Shown here piece after piece: positions 1 through 9,154 of a DNA stretch of 64,000 nt (position 1 is its first letter; each line of letters begins with the position of its first letter). The stretch covers positions 3,539 through 67,538 of the forward strand of contig CAYLHT010000004.1 in the NCBI GenBank assembly GCA_964383765.1. Reading direction: 5' to 3'. This DNA comes from an uncultured Gammaproteobacteria bacterium (GTDB lineage Bacteria > Patescibacteriota > Patescibacteriia > SBBC01 > CAIJZX01). The translations under genes were made by a program, and so were the position numbers. The notes under the pieces were generated by a model. The model worked only from the letters and a program-made list of their open reading frames with translations. It searched no databases and was not told the DNA's origin.

Positions 1-116
1 TCAATTGCGGCCTTAACCTGGTCCAGATTTGACTTGGCTAAATCCACTAGTTTAGATAGCGACATCGGCCGCGTCGCGACGAGGAGCAAACTTTCAAGTT
101 GGGAGTGGAGTTTCAT
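1..116 (-). CDS. scpB: Segregation and condensation protein B (ScpB), N-terminal fragment; the gene runs off the window edge
   Basis: Minus-strand ATG at 116..114. Translation MKLHSQLESLLLVATRPMSLSKLVDLAKSNLDQVKAAI matches the ScpB N-terminal winged-helix region. Lies downstream of scpA. Confidence 0.55.
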   Translation of the reverse strand, partial: MKLHSQLESLLLVATRPMSLSKLVDLAKSNLDQVKAAI

Positions 117-285
117 CCCGTTAGAGGTTGGTGCTTGATTGATTGCTTATCATTCATTATAGCAAAGCGAATGGTATGAGTGCTTTTATCAACCGGCCAA
201 ACTCATGCTGTATGACAAAGCTGAACATGCGGACATGGGCTGGGCACAACTAGAGTAATGATTATTCTGGACAACCTCTAACGGG
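117..285. repeat. 14-bp perfect inverted repeat (cccgttagaggttg / caacctctaacggg) bracketing a 141-nt AT-rich spacer exactly between the scpA stop and the scpB start
   Basis: Arms at 117..130 and 272..285 are exact reverse complements. They abut the scpB ATG (114-116) and the scpA stop (287-289). Confidence 0.5.
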
Positions 286-286
286 A

Positions 287-1018
287 TCATACGGAGGCAA
301 CATCCATGGTGATTGGTTGATCGGCGCTCAGCAGTGAAATATCCACATCGCCGTGTTGTTTATCTTGACTGACACTGACGCTGCGGAGTTTGACTAATTC
401 TAGCACAGCTAAGAAAGTCACGATCACGTCAGTCTTTGAATTGGCCAGCTGAAGCAGATTGTGAAAGCTGGTTTTGGGATTCTTGAGCAATCGGTCTTTA
501 ATTTGACCGATTTTTTCACGAATATTAATCGTCCGCACGATGACGGTTTGTGGCAGACGTGTCAGAGGTTCCAGTTCTTTCAGTACGCCGAACATGAGGT
601 CATGCAAATCGTTGGTGACTAAGTGTTCCGGCGGATGGAAAATCGGTTCGAGCATAGCAGAACCTTCCCGTGCCCAGACTGCTTTGTGTTTGTTCCAAAT
701 TTTCTCCACCTTTTTTGAGGCTTCCACAAACTCCCGATACATCTTGAGTTGCTTTTCGAGATCCAGGCCTGCGTCATCCGCCGGAAGTTCGTCAGTAGGA
801 ACAAGTAAACGCGATTTGATCAGTAACAGTTTGGCGGCTACCACGAGAAAATCCGCCAGTTCATCGACCGGCAACTCAGCCATGGCCTGTAAGCTCTGGA
901 TGTACTGTTCCGTGACTTTCGCTAAGGAGACTTGACTGATGTCAAGTTGCTGTTGCTCAATCAGTTGCAACAACAGGTCAAGCGGGCCGGAAAACTTTTC
1001 AACTTTGACGTCGCGCAT
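287..1018 (-). CDS. scpA: Segregation and condensation protein A (ScpA, kleisin)
   Basis: N-terminal FSGPLDLLLQLIEQQQLDI motif typical of ScpA; 243 aa. Confidence 0.8.
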   Translation of the reverse strand: MRDVKVEKFSGPLDLLLQLIEQQQLDISQVSLAKVTEQYIQSLQAMAELPVDELADFLVVAAKLLLIKSRLLVPTDELPADDAGLDLEKQLKMYREFVEASKKVEKIWNKHKAVWAREGSAMLEPIFHPPEHLVTNDLHDLMFGVLKELEPLTRLPQTVIVRTINIREKIGQIKDRLLKNPKTSFHNLLQLANSKTDVIVTFLAVLELVKLRSVSVSQDKQHGDVDISLLSADQPITMDVASV

Positions 1019-1032
1019 GAAGTCCTGCTTAT

Positions 1033-1689
1033 CTATTTGGAGAATACAATGCTATCAATTGCTTGATCTAATAAGCCTACTGATTTTGTGTTTTTTCTGG
1101 CTGACCCAAAAAAGTAAAACAATGTGTTGTCGTGTACAAATTCATAGCTCTTAATAATCATCGTGGAGGTTCGATATGATTCTAGTGGGTCTGCACCTAC
1201 CGAAACATACATACTTTGTCCAGCAATGGTATGACGTTCTACGAGGAAATATTCTCGGGCCATTACCATGGTTAAGTAGTTTACTGGATTCCGCGTCAGA
1301 GTTTCGTAGACCGCCCGGTTCGCTCCACCAACATTATTCTTGTCAGTAATCGCTAATGCAAAGTATATCGAAGGATTTTTCGTGGCCGGGTAAGAATAGG
1401 CAATCACCTGACCTCCAAGTAAAGCTGAGTCTGAGGGCTTATATTCTCTTATTTTCCCACCAACCGGTAGTCGCATTGAAAAACCGTAGGTGGGTTGTTC
1501 ATATACTTGAGATTTAACAAGTGGGGCTGAGCCGGATCGATCTGGTATCCATTGTTGAAGTGGCAAGACGTTCATAAACCAGTTCACAATAAATCCAAGA
1601 AAAACCAGCACCCCCAAAGAAACTAGACTGAGGAGAACGATACTGATTTTGTTTTTCTTTTCAAGCATTGACCACTTTGCGATCGTCAC
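1033..1689 (-). CDS. Hypothetical membrane-anchored protein (single N-terminal TM helix)
   Basis: 218-aa ORF with a hydrophobic N-terminal segment LLSLVSLGVLVFLGFIV. No recognised domain. Confidence 0.5.
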   Translation of the reverse strand: MTIAKWSMLEKKNKISIVLLSLVSLGVLVFLGFIVNWFMNVLPLQQWIPDRSGSAPLVKSQVYEQPTYGFSMRLPVGGKIREYKPSDSALLGGQVIAYSYPATKNPSIYFALAITDKNNVGGANRAVYETLTRNPVNYLTMVMAREYFLVERHTIAGQSMYVSVGADPLESYRTSTMIIKSYEFVHDNTLFYFFGSARKNTKSVGLLDQAIDSIVFSK

Positions 1690-2159
1690 TTCTTCGGCGC
1701 CTCCGAGACGTTGCCAACCATTGGCTGCTCGGTTTTCAGGTAATCTTTCACTTTCATCCGCACTGACTCAGTGAAACTCCCTGCTCCGAACAAAGCCTTT
1801 TGCGTTTTCAGTAAACCTTTATCAACTACGACCCCTAGCTTATGCAAACTCCCAAACGGCGTTAAGGCGCCGGGCTTCACTTTCATTTCTCGAACCATGT
1901 CCGATTCTTTAGCGATGGTGACTTTTTTCGCGCCCAGCAGTTTCTTCAACGCGTCGATATTCAATCGGCGATGGGCTGGCACGAGCACGAGTTTATACTC
2001 GGCATCAGCTTTCACCAGCAACGTCTTCACAATTTCATTCATTTTAATTTTCAAGGTCTGCGCTAAATCGTAGACCGTGAACACCGTTTTGTGTTCGACG
2101 ACTTCATGCTGCAATTTCATTTTTTGTAAGTAGGTTTTGACTTTGGCGGGAATGGGCAT
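1686..2159 (-). CDS. YbaK/ProX-family aminoacyl-tRNA deacylase-like protein
   Basis: 157 aa. LVPAHRRLNIDALKKLLG...LTPFGSLH resembles the YbaK/EbsC editing-domain family. Overlaps the upstream gene by 4 nt. Confidence 0.5.
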   Translation of the reverse strand: MPIPAKVKTYLQKMKLQHEVVEHKTVFTVYDLAQTLKIKMNEIVKTLLVKADAEYKLVLVPAHRRLNIDALKKLLGAKKVTIAKESDMVREMKVKPGALTPFGSLHKLGVVVDKGLLKTQKALFGAGSFTESVRMKVKDYLKTEQPMVGNVSEAPKK

Positions 2160-2200
2160 AGGTTAGCTCGTTAGCAATTTAGCTTTTTAGCGGGAGTTTT
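2160..2200 (-). promoter_or_regulatory. GCTAA-repeat motif (minus sense: CCGCTAAAAAGCTAAATTGCTAACGAGCTAACCT) ending 0-3 nt before the start codon
   Basis: The same motif architecture recurs at 40432-40488 and 42983-43010, each immediately 5' of a minus-strand ATG. Confidence 0.3.
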
Positions 2201-2472
2201 TGTTGTTGACCGAAGGTTTGCTTTGCCATCCGACGGCCGAGGGGTGTCAGACGCACTGATTCAATAAACCATTTTTCCGGCGTTCGTCGGCCGAAACCGA
2301 TCATTAAGCCTTTATCAATTAATCGTTCTAACGAACTGGTGATGCTATTCACAACCACTGCGTGCTTGGTTTTCGTCGGGTAGAACTTGGTGAACGGCTG
2401 GCGCGGAATCAGTTTTTGTTTCGATTGATAACATTCACGGAGGATATAACGCTGGAGTGCTGATAAACGCAT
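2179..2472 (-). CDS. Hypothetical small basic protein
   Basis: 97-aa ORF. Its C-terminus overlaps the GCTAA-repeat motif. No known domain. Confidence 0.35.
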   Translation of the reverse strand: MRLSALQRYILRECYQSKQKLIPRQPFTKFYPTKTKHAVVVNSITSSLERLIDKGLMIGFGRRTPEKWFIESVRLTPLGRRMAKQTFGQQQKLPLKS

Positions 2473-2480
2473 AACCAGAA

Positions 2481-3920
2481 TTACTTTTCTGTTCCCCGTT
2501 TGGAATTTGGTATTTGTGATTTGGATTTTGCTTCCGCCCTCAACTGGATATGTGCCTCCCGTAAAGTTTGAGGCGGAAGCTCACTCGGCGCGCCCATCAT
2601 CAGGTCCCGCGCATCACCGGTTTTGGGAAAGGCGATGACTTCGCGGATGTTTGGTTCATTGCGCAGTAGCATCACGATTCGATCATACCCCCAGGCAATT
2701 CCGCCGTGGGGGGGCGTGCCAAACTTGAAGGCGTTCAGCATGTGGCCAAAGTTGGCTTCAATTCGATCATCATCAAAACCCATGATTTCGAACACCGCTT
2801 TCATGGCCGCCGGTTCGTGATTGCGGATTGAGCCGCCGGCGATTTCAAAACCATTCAAGATCAAGTCGTATTGGCTGGTCAAAATCTTTTCTACATTCTT
2901 TTTTGCCATTAAGTCCGAATGGAATTCCGGTTTGGCCGCTGAAAACGGATTGTGGGTAAACGTCCAACCACCGGTGTCGGTTTTTTCGAAGAATGGAAAA
3001 TCAATCACCCAACAAAAGGCTAAATGATTCGGATCGTTTTTATCTTTGCGAAGGTCTGGTCGGTCGGTTCCGTGTTTCTTCATCGCTTCCGCATATGACA
3101 TTCTTGGGAATGGCACTTCTTGAATCTTTTTTTCCGGACAAAGCTCTTTGACCGCCGCAATTAGAATTTTTTCATTCACCGCCATCACGTCCTCGCGTTC
3201 CACAAAACTCATTTCCATGTCGAGCTGTGTGAATTCCGGCTGACGATCGCCGCGTTGGTCTTCGTCACGGAAACAGCGGGCAATTTGGAAGTAACGTTCC
3301 AAACCGGAGACCATGAGGAGTTGCTTGAACTGCTGCGGACTTTGCGGCAAGACATAAAATTTTCCAGACTGTAACCGCGAAGGAATAATGTATTCACGCG
3401 CACCTTCCGGCGTACCCTTAGTGATGTACGGTGTCTCAATTTCAGTGAAACCTTCGGCCAAGAAGGCGCGGCGAATCACGTCGTTGAAAGTTGAACGGAA
3501 TACCAGGTTGTCGTGCATGCGTTGCGACCGGAGATCGAGGTAACGATGCGTTAAGCGAACTTCTTCACTCACACCACTGGTATCATCCAGCGGGAACGGC
3601 GGGGTTTCAGCCGCGTTCAAAATTTTTAGCGCGGTCGCCTGGATTTCAACTTTTCCAGTCGGTATCTTCGGATTGACGTTCTTGGCTCCGCGTTCCACCA
3701 CCTTGCCGGCGAGTTCAATCACAAATTCATCGCGCAAGGTTTTGGCGGTTTCATAGTCCGGGTTGTCTGGTCCAAACACGACTTGCACCTGGCCGCTCCG
3801 GTCACGCAAATGAATAAAAATAATTTTGCCCATATCGCGCCGGACATGGACCCAGCCTTTCAGAATGACCGTTTGACCAACTAAAGATGGAGTTTCGGCG
3901 GCGAGAGTGCGGGAAGTCAT
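2481..3920 (-). CDS. aspS: Aspartate--tRNA ligase (AspRS) lacking the GAD insertion domain; probably non-discriminating
   Basis: Class II motif 2 FRDEDQRGDRQPEFTQLDMEMSF and motif 3 GGSIRNHEP, plus an N-terminal OB fold. 479 aa versus about 590 for E. coli. gatCA are nearby in the window. Confidence 0.8.
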   Translation of the reverse strand: MTSRTLAAETPSLVGQTVILKGWVHVRRDMGKIIFIHLRDRSGQVQVVFGPDNPDYETAKTLRDEFVIELAGKVVERGAKNVNPKIPTGKVEIQATALKILNAAETPPFPLDDTSGVSEEVRLTHRYLDLRSQRMHDNLVFRSTFNDVIRRAFLAEGFTEIETPYITKGTPEGAREYIIPSRLQSGKFYVLPQSPQQFKQLLMVSGLERYFQIARCFRDEDQRGDRQPEFTQLDMEMSFVEREDVMAVNEKILIAAVKELCPEKKIQEVPFPRMSYAEAMKKHGTDRPDLRKDKNDPNHLAFCWVIDFPFFEKTDTGGWTFTHNPFSAAKPEFHSDLMAKKNVEKILTSQYDLILNGFEIAGGSIRNHEPAAMKAVFEIMGFDDDRIEANFGHMLNAFKFGTPPHGGIAWGYDRIVMLLRNEPNIREVIAFPKTGDARDLMMGAPSELPPQTLREAHIQLRAEAKSKSQIPNSKRGTEK

Positions 3921-3969
3921 GCGTTTTTTGTCATCAGTATGCTTAGATTATAACATTTTCATTCTCATA

Positions 3970-4055
3970 TGTCATCTCGAACCCGCTGCGGGTGAGAGAT
4001 CTGCCTTGTGGTACTACAAAGTAGATTTCTCGCCCTTCTCGGGCTCGAAATGACA
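3970..4055. repeat. MITE/REP-like imperfect palindromic element, copy 1 (TGTCAT[C/T]TCGA...GAGA[G/A]ATCT...AGATTTCTCGCCC...GGGCTCGAAATGACA)
   Basis: Shares about 30-nt arms with elements at 16188-16267 and 38312-38392. Each arm contains an internal gccc-N-gggc mini-hairpin. Intergenic, 48 nt upstream of the aspS start. Confidence 0.6.
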
Positions 4056-4060
4056 GAAGG

Positions 4061-4645
4061 TTATTTTAGCTTATTTTGTTGAGTTATTCGGAAAAGCAGT
4101 ACCACCAGTCCCCCACCGAGCAAGTTGAAAAACAAGTCATGGGGCGTGTCATAAATGAACACCACACGATGCGTGCCAAACCACATATCCCCGAGCCACT
4201 CGGTCACTTCATACATCGCACCAATGAACTGGCCCGTCAAAAATCCCAACCAAGTGGCTTGGCCCCACGCGACCTTGAGTTTACCCGTCTTGCGCCAGGC
4301 TTGGTAGAAGTCGATAAAACCACCAGCCACGGCCATCCCTCCGACAGTGTGTGAAATTCGATCCCACCACCAAAAGCCAGCATACAAATGCTGAAAGTTC
4401 CCCAGCGCGTCCAGCCAGACAGCACCAAACGCCAAGAGAATGGTGATCCACGATAACTGTGCGCTACGTTTAGACAGCCAGCGATTAAACCCCAATACTA
4501 ATCCAACCGCGATCAGGTTAGTGACGGCCAGGGCAATTTGGCGTTGGGGTGTGTCATAGCTGGTGAACAACTCTAGTTTCAATAAGCCGACCTGCAGCGC
4601 GATCAGTCCGATCCACAGCCAACGACGAGTTCGAGCAGTCATCAT
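4061..4645 (-). CDS. Hypothetical polytopic membrane protein, translationally coupled to the upstream Nramp gene
   Basis: The ATG at 4645 overlaps the Nramp TGA stop (ATGA). The first 103 codons of the six-frame ORF 4061..4954 overlap the Nramp gene and are rejected. 194 aa, several hydrophobic helices. Confidence 0.5.
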   Translation of the reverse strand: MMTARTRRWLWIGLIALQVGLLKLELFTSYDTPQRQIALAVTNLIAVGLVLGFNRWLSKRSAQLSWITILLAFGAVWLDALGNFQHLYAGFWWWDRISHTVGGMAVAGGFIDFYQAWRKTGKLKVAWGQATWLGFLTGQFIGAMYEVTEWLGDMWFGTHRVVFIYDTPHDLFFNLLGGGLVVLLFRITQQNKLK

Positions 4646-5892
4646 TGGTGAAGAATCAATTGAACAATAAAGATCACGCCGGCGACTGACATCAGCCCCC
4701 AGGCCAGCCAACCGCCGAATTTCACGATCGGTCGAGTCGTGAAGTTGCCGACCACGTCGGCTCGATCGGCTAATCGCAAGATGAACCACAGCGCGATGGG
4801 TGCCAGTAACCCGTTCAATACCCCAGCCGCGATCAGGAAAGCGATCGGCGAAATTCCGGTGGCGGACATAATCGCCCCAATCCAAATCGAAATAATGATC
4901 ACAAAGTAAAACGATGGGGCCTGTTTGAAGTGCTGCGACAGTCCTTCCTTCCATCCAGCGACTTCGGCAGTCGCATAGGCGGCGGAACCGGCCAAGATCG
5001 GCACCGCCAATAAGCCGGTGCCAATGATCCCGATTCCAAATAACCAGAACGTTAAGTTGCCCGCTATCGGTCGCAAGGCTTCAGCCGCTTCTTGAGCAGT
5101 CGCGATGTTGGTGATGCCGGCTTGGTGCAACGTCGCGGCCGTCGTCACAATAATGAAGAACATGATCAGATTCGAAACGATCATGCCGGTAGCGGTGTCG
5201 AGTCGCATCGCTCGGATTAAACGGCTGATGTGCGAAGCTTGACGCGGACCGCGACTTTCATTTTCAACTTCTTCAGAGCTTTGCCAAAAAAATAAATAGG
5301 GTGAAATTGTTGTTCCCAAGATAGCCACAATTATCGCCACCACTCCGGGCTGATGAATCACACTTGGCACCAACGTCCGCCAAGCGACTTCGGCCCAATC
5401 AACTTTAATCACCAGGGCGGCGGCGACATATGTTAGTAATGCAAAGGTCAGCCACTTTAGGACATTCACATACTTGCGGTATGGCACCAGAACTTCCAGT
5501 GAAATCATCAGGCCTCCCAGCAGCGCCACATACAGAATTGTTGGCGCGGGGTGGAGCAGTTTACTGACCGCCGCCATCGCTCCCAAATCAGCACCGATGT
5601 TGATGGTGTTGACGATCAGCAGTAATAAGCTCAACCCGATAGCAACTCGTTTTGAGACATACCGTCGGATCAAGGCCGACAATCCGCGACGCGTCACCAA
5701 GCCTAGTCGGGCCGACATTTCCTGAACCGCCATCATCAGCGGCGTGGTAAAGAGTGCTAGCCAGAGCAACCCATAACCAAATTTCGCACCGGCTTGGGAA
5801 TAAATGATCACGCCCGACGGATCGTCGTCCGAGGCGCCGGTGATCACGCCGGGGCCGATGCTTTTAAAGACGTTGCGCGGTCGGAAGAACAT
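4642..5892 (-). CDS. mntH: Nramp-family divalent metal (Mn2+/Fe2+) transporter
   Basis: N-terminal GPGVITGASDDDPSGVIIYSQAGAKFGY matches the Nramp consensus. 416 aa, polytopic. Confidence 0.75.
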   Translation of the reverse strand: MFFRPRNVFKSIGPGVITGASDDDPSGVIIYSQAGAKFGYGLLWLALFTTPLMMAVQEMSARLGLVTRRGLSALIRRYVSKRVAIGLSLLLLIVNTINIGADLGAMAAVSKLLHPAPTILYVALLGGLMISLEVLVPYRKYVNVLKWLTFALLTYVAAALVIKVDWAEVAWRTLVPSVIHQPGVVAIIVAILGTTISPYLFFWQSSEEVENESRGPRQASHISRLIRAMRLDTATGMIVSNLIMFFIIVTTAATLHQAGITNIATAQEAAEALRPIAGNLTFWLFGIGIIGTGLLAVPILAGSAAYATAEVAGWKEGLSQHFKQAPSFYFVIIISIWIGAIMSATGISPIAFLIAAGVLNGLLAPIALWFILRLADRADVVGNFTTRPIVKFGGWLAWGLMSVAGVIFIVQLILHQ

Positions 5893-5895
5893 ACG

Positions 5896-8388
5896 TTAGG
5901 TCGATTGCGGATCGAATCGCCGGTAAAACCAGTGTTTCAAGAACTCAGTAATCAATAAATCAAAGACGACGATGCCCGCAATCGCCAGCACAATCCGAAA
6001 GGACAGCGGCGTGAAGTGGAAGAAATGGTTGACGGGCAGATAGGGCAGGAGCCACCCAATCGTGACCGTGACCAGGGTGTTCACGAGTAACCAGGCACTC
6101 GGCCGACTCGAGAGGAACGGAATACGCTTGGTGCGGATGACGTAGATCACCAAGACTTGTGAGGCGAGTGACTCAATAAACCAGCCGGTTTGAAACCCCG
6201 CCGCCGACAAGTGGAAGACCCAGAGTAATATGGCGAACGTCACAAAATCGAAAAATGAACTGATCGGACCGAACACCAGCATGAACCGACGGACAAAACG
6301 TAAATCCCAGGCTGTCGGTTTGGTCAAATCATTTTGATCGACCTGGTCAGTCGACAACGCTAATTGCGAGGTATCATATAAGAAATTATTTAAGAGCAAC
6401 TGGGTGGGCAACATGGGCAGGAATGGCATGAAGGCCGACGCCGCGGTCATCGAGAACATATTGCCGAAATTCGCGCTCAAGCCCATTTTGATGTATTTCA
6501 TGGTGTTGTGGAACGTCCGTCGACCCTCCAACACGCCGTCACGAATGGCATTCAGCGAGTGCCGTAGTAAAATAATGTCAGCTGTTTCCTTTGCCACGTC
6601 AACCGCATTATTGACTGAAATCCCAACGTCCGCTGCTTTCAGGGCCGGCGCGTCATTAATGCCATCGCCCAAGAAACCGACCACTTGACCGGCGTGCTGC
6701 AAGGCGGCAATGATCTGCTCTTTTTGCTCGGGGTCGATCCGGGCAAAAATCGAATTCTGCATGACCGCCTGTTGAAATTGAGCTTGATCTAAGCCATGCA
6801 GCTCTTGGCCGGTGATGCTGCCGTGGATCGGCACGTCGATCACCCGACAAATTTTCTCAGTCAACAACAGATTATCGCCGGTCAAAATTTTTATGCCGAT
6901 GCCGAGATCTTCCAAGCGGTCAATCGTTTCTTTGACGCCGGCTTTGGGTGGATCGAGCAGCGCGATGTACCCCAGGAGAATCATGTCGTGCTCGTGATCG
7001 GCTTCAAAGGATGGCTGACGCGATTGGATGATCCGCTGGGCGACGGCCAGGACTCGGTACCCATCCTGACTGAAACTGGTGTAGACCTGTTCGGCTGTTT
7101 GCCGAGCGCTGGCATCGAGTTGCACAACCTGATCACGGCTGGCATATCGCTGGCAGATGGGCACCACTGCTTCCGGAGCGCCTTTGGTGATCAGCCAACG
7201 TTGACCCTCGCGCTCGACCACCACCGACTCCCGACGGCGTTCGAAGTCGAAGGGAATTTCATCAATTTTCACCGCAGTGGCCGTACTCCACTGGCGATAG
7301 TTCCGAATCGCATCATCCAGCGGATTGCTGACGCCGCTGTGGAAGACGCTGCTCAAGCCCGCCGCGGATAAGACCTGTTCATCCTCGACCCCAAAGCAGT
7401 CGGTGTACTTGACCACGCTAATTTTATTTTCGGTCAAGGTGCCGGTCTTATCGGTACACAGAATATTCATCCGGCCAATGTTCTGAATTGCCGGCAAGCG
7501 CTTGACGATCACCGATTGTTTTGACATCCGGACGGCCCCGCGGCTGAGTGAGACGGTTAAGATGACGGGTAGGAGTTCGGGTGTTAACCCAATCGCAATC
7601 GCGATGGCAAAAATCAACGACTCGAGAATGCCGCGGTGCGCGGCCGCATTGAAGAGGAACACTAAGGTCACCATGATGACCGTCACTCGTAACAAGAAGG
7701 TGCTGAATGACCGGATGCCACGATCAAAATCAGTCGTCGGTTCAGATTTGGCCAACCGCTCCGCAATTTTTCCGTAGGCGGTTGAGCGACCGGTGGTGGT
7801 GACTTCCATCAGGCCGGTACCGGTGACCACGCTGGTGCCCATGAAAACCGCTGCCGGATTATTGCGATCGAGCGATTGGCTCGCGGCGTTAGTTGAAGCG
7901 GTCTTCGCAGCAGGCAACGACTCGCCGGTTAAGGCCGATTCATTCACATAGATGTCACGACCTTGGCGAATGAGGCCATCGGCCGGAATAACGTCGCCGG
8001 ACGATAACTGAACCACGTCGCCAGGCACAATCTCTTCCAGTGGGACATCTTGGAACTTTCCATCCCGCTGCACCGTCGCGGTCGTCACAACTTTCGCGAT
8101 TAATGTATTGACCGCTTTGGTTGACCGCGCGGTGTTCGTATAGTCGAGAATCGCCGAGAAACTGACCATCACCACTAAGATGACGGCATTCGTTCGCTCA
8201 CCAACAAAAAAAGAAATGGTCGACGCCACGATGATCACCCACAACAACGGGCTATTGAACGAGCGCAAAAATTCAACGAATGGCCGTAACGCTTGTTTGG
8301 TGACAATCGAATTCGGGCCGTATTGCTGACGTCGTTCGGCGACCACCAGGGTGGTCAGGCCAAAAGGTTGTTGATCCGTCACCATCAA
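5896..8388 (-). CDS. mgtA: P-type ATPase, MgtA-like Mg2+-importing type
   Basis: DKTGTLTEN phosphorylation motif, GDGINDAPALKAADVGISV hinge motif and TGES-like actuator motif. 830 aa. Confidence 0.75.
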   Translation of the reverse strand: MMVTDQQPFGLTTLVVAERRQQYGPNSIVTKQALRPFVEFLRSFNSPLLWVIIVASTISFFVGERTNAVILVVMVSFSAILDYTNTARSTKAVNTLIAKVVTTATVQRDGKFQDVPLEEIVPGDVVQLSSGDVIPADGLIRQGRDIYVNESALTGESLPAAKTASTNAASQSLDRNNPAAVFMGTSVVTGTGLMEVTTTGRSTAYGKIAERLAKSEPTTDFDRGIRSFSTFLLRVTVIMVTLVFLFNAAAHRGILESLIFAIAIAIGLTPELLPVILTVSLSRGAVRMSKQSVIVKRLPAIQNIGRMNILCTDKTGTLTENKISVVKYTDCFGVEDEQVLSAAGLSSVFHSGVSNPLDDAIRNYRQWSTATAVKIDEIPFDFERRRESVVVEREGQRWLITKGAPEAVVPICQRYASRDQVVQLDASARQTAEQVYTSFSQDGYRVLAVAQRIIQSRQPSFEADHEHDMILLGYIALLDPPKAGVKETIDRLEDLGIGIKILTGDNLLLTEKICRVIDVPIHGSITGQELHGLDQAQFQQAVMQNSIFARIDPEQKEQIIAALQHAGQVVGFLGDGINDAPALKAADVGISVNNAVDVAKETADIILLRHSLNAIRDGVLEGRRTFHNTMKYIKMGLSANFGNMFSMTAASAFMPFLPMLPTQLLLNNFLYDTSQLALSTDQVDQNDLTKPTAWDLRFVRRFMLVFGPISSFFDFVTFAILLWVFHLSAAGFQTGWFIESLASQVLVIYVIRTKRIPFLSSRPSAWLLVNTLVTVTIGWLLPYLPVNHFFHFTPLSFRIVLAIAGIVVFDLLITEFLKHWFYRRFDPQST

Positions 8389-8408
8389 AGTATACCAAAA
8401 AATCTCGC

Positions 8409-8693
8409 TTACGGCTTTGGCTCAATATTCAGAGGAGATGGAGGCGTTTCCAAAAAAATTTTCTTTAATTTGTTTGTGTTGCCGCAGTGCAAACACGCTA
8501 ACTGTCGCGAGGAGTGCTTCGTTGAGTTGAGTGCGCCAAATAATCCAGTTTTGCTTGGCTGAAGCAAGCCTCCCACAACTTGGTTTAGGTTCATGTACCG
8601 ATCTGGATTTACCCCATACTCATCTTCGGCAAAACGAGAATACTGTTGACAATTCGGACATTGATAGTATTTCTTTTTCGGGGTTTCCATCAA
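8409..8693 (-). CDS. Zinc-ribbon hypothetical protein
   Basis: CPNC...CLHC pairs of cysteines. 94 aa. Confidence 0.4.
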   Translation of the reverse strand: MMETPKKKYYQCPNCQQYSRFAEDEYGVNPDRYMNLNQVVGGLLQPSKTGLFGALNSTKHSSRQLACLHCGNTNKLKKIFLETPPSPLNIEPKP

Positions 8694-8716
8694 CTTCGGT
8701 ACTATTCGATTCGGTC

Positions 8717-9139
8717 TTAGCCCACAGCCCTTTTTACCAACGCCACAATTTTCTTCTCATCTGCCGAAGTGAGCTTGATCAGTGCAAAAGCCACCGGCCA
8801 CATCTGCCCAGCATCGAGCTTGGCCGCGTCCTGAAAACCAAGGGTCGAATATCGGTATTTAAATTTAGTCGCGTTTTGGAAAAAACACACAACCTTTCCA
8901 TCTTTGTTGGCATACGCTGGCATACCGTACCACGTTTTCGGGGTGAGCGAAGGTGCAGTTTTCATAATCAGTGCGTGGATGCGCTTCGCCAGACTTCGAT
9001 CAGGTTTCGGCATTTTTGAAATTTTCGCCAAGACCGCGCCTTCGCCTTCAGTATTTCCGGAGCGGCGTTCAGCCGCTTCTTCCCGCATGACCTTGAGCTC
9101 GTCGTCGGAAAAGACTTTGGTGGGTTTGGTGGGTGTCAT
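8717..9139 (-). CDS. DUF1801 (YdhG-like) domain protein
   Basis: The central [21 protein letters not shown] segment resembles the YdhG/DUF1801 family. 140 aa. Confidence 0.4.
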   Translation of the reverse strand: MTPTKPTKVFSDDELKVMREEAAERRSGNTEGEGAVLAKISKMPKPDRSLAKRIHALIMKTAPSLTPKTWYGMPAYANKDGKVVCFFQNATKFKYRYSTLGFQDAAKLDAGQMWPVAFALIKLTSADEKKIVALVKRAVG

Positions 9140-9154
9140 GCGAGCACTATTGTG

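Noticed and set aside
4646-4954. N-terminal 103 codons of the six-frame ORF 4061..4954 overlapping the Nramp gene
   Set aside because: This frame runs through the Nramp coding region. An ATG overlapping the Nramp stop (ATGA) gives a coherent membrane protein, so the extension is an ORF-caller artefact.
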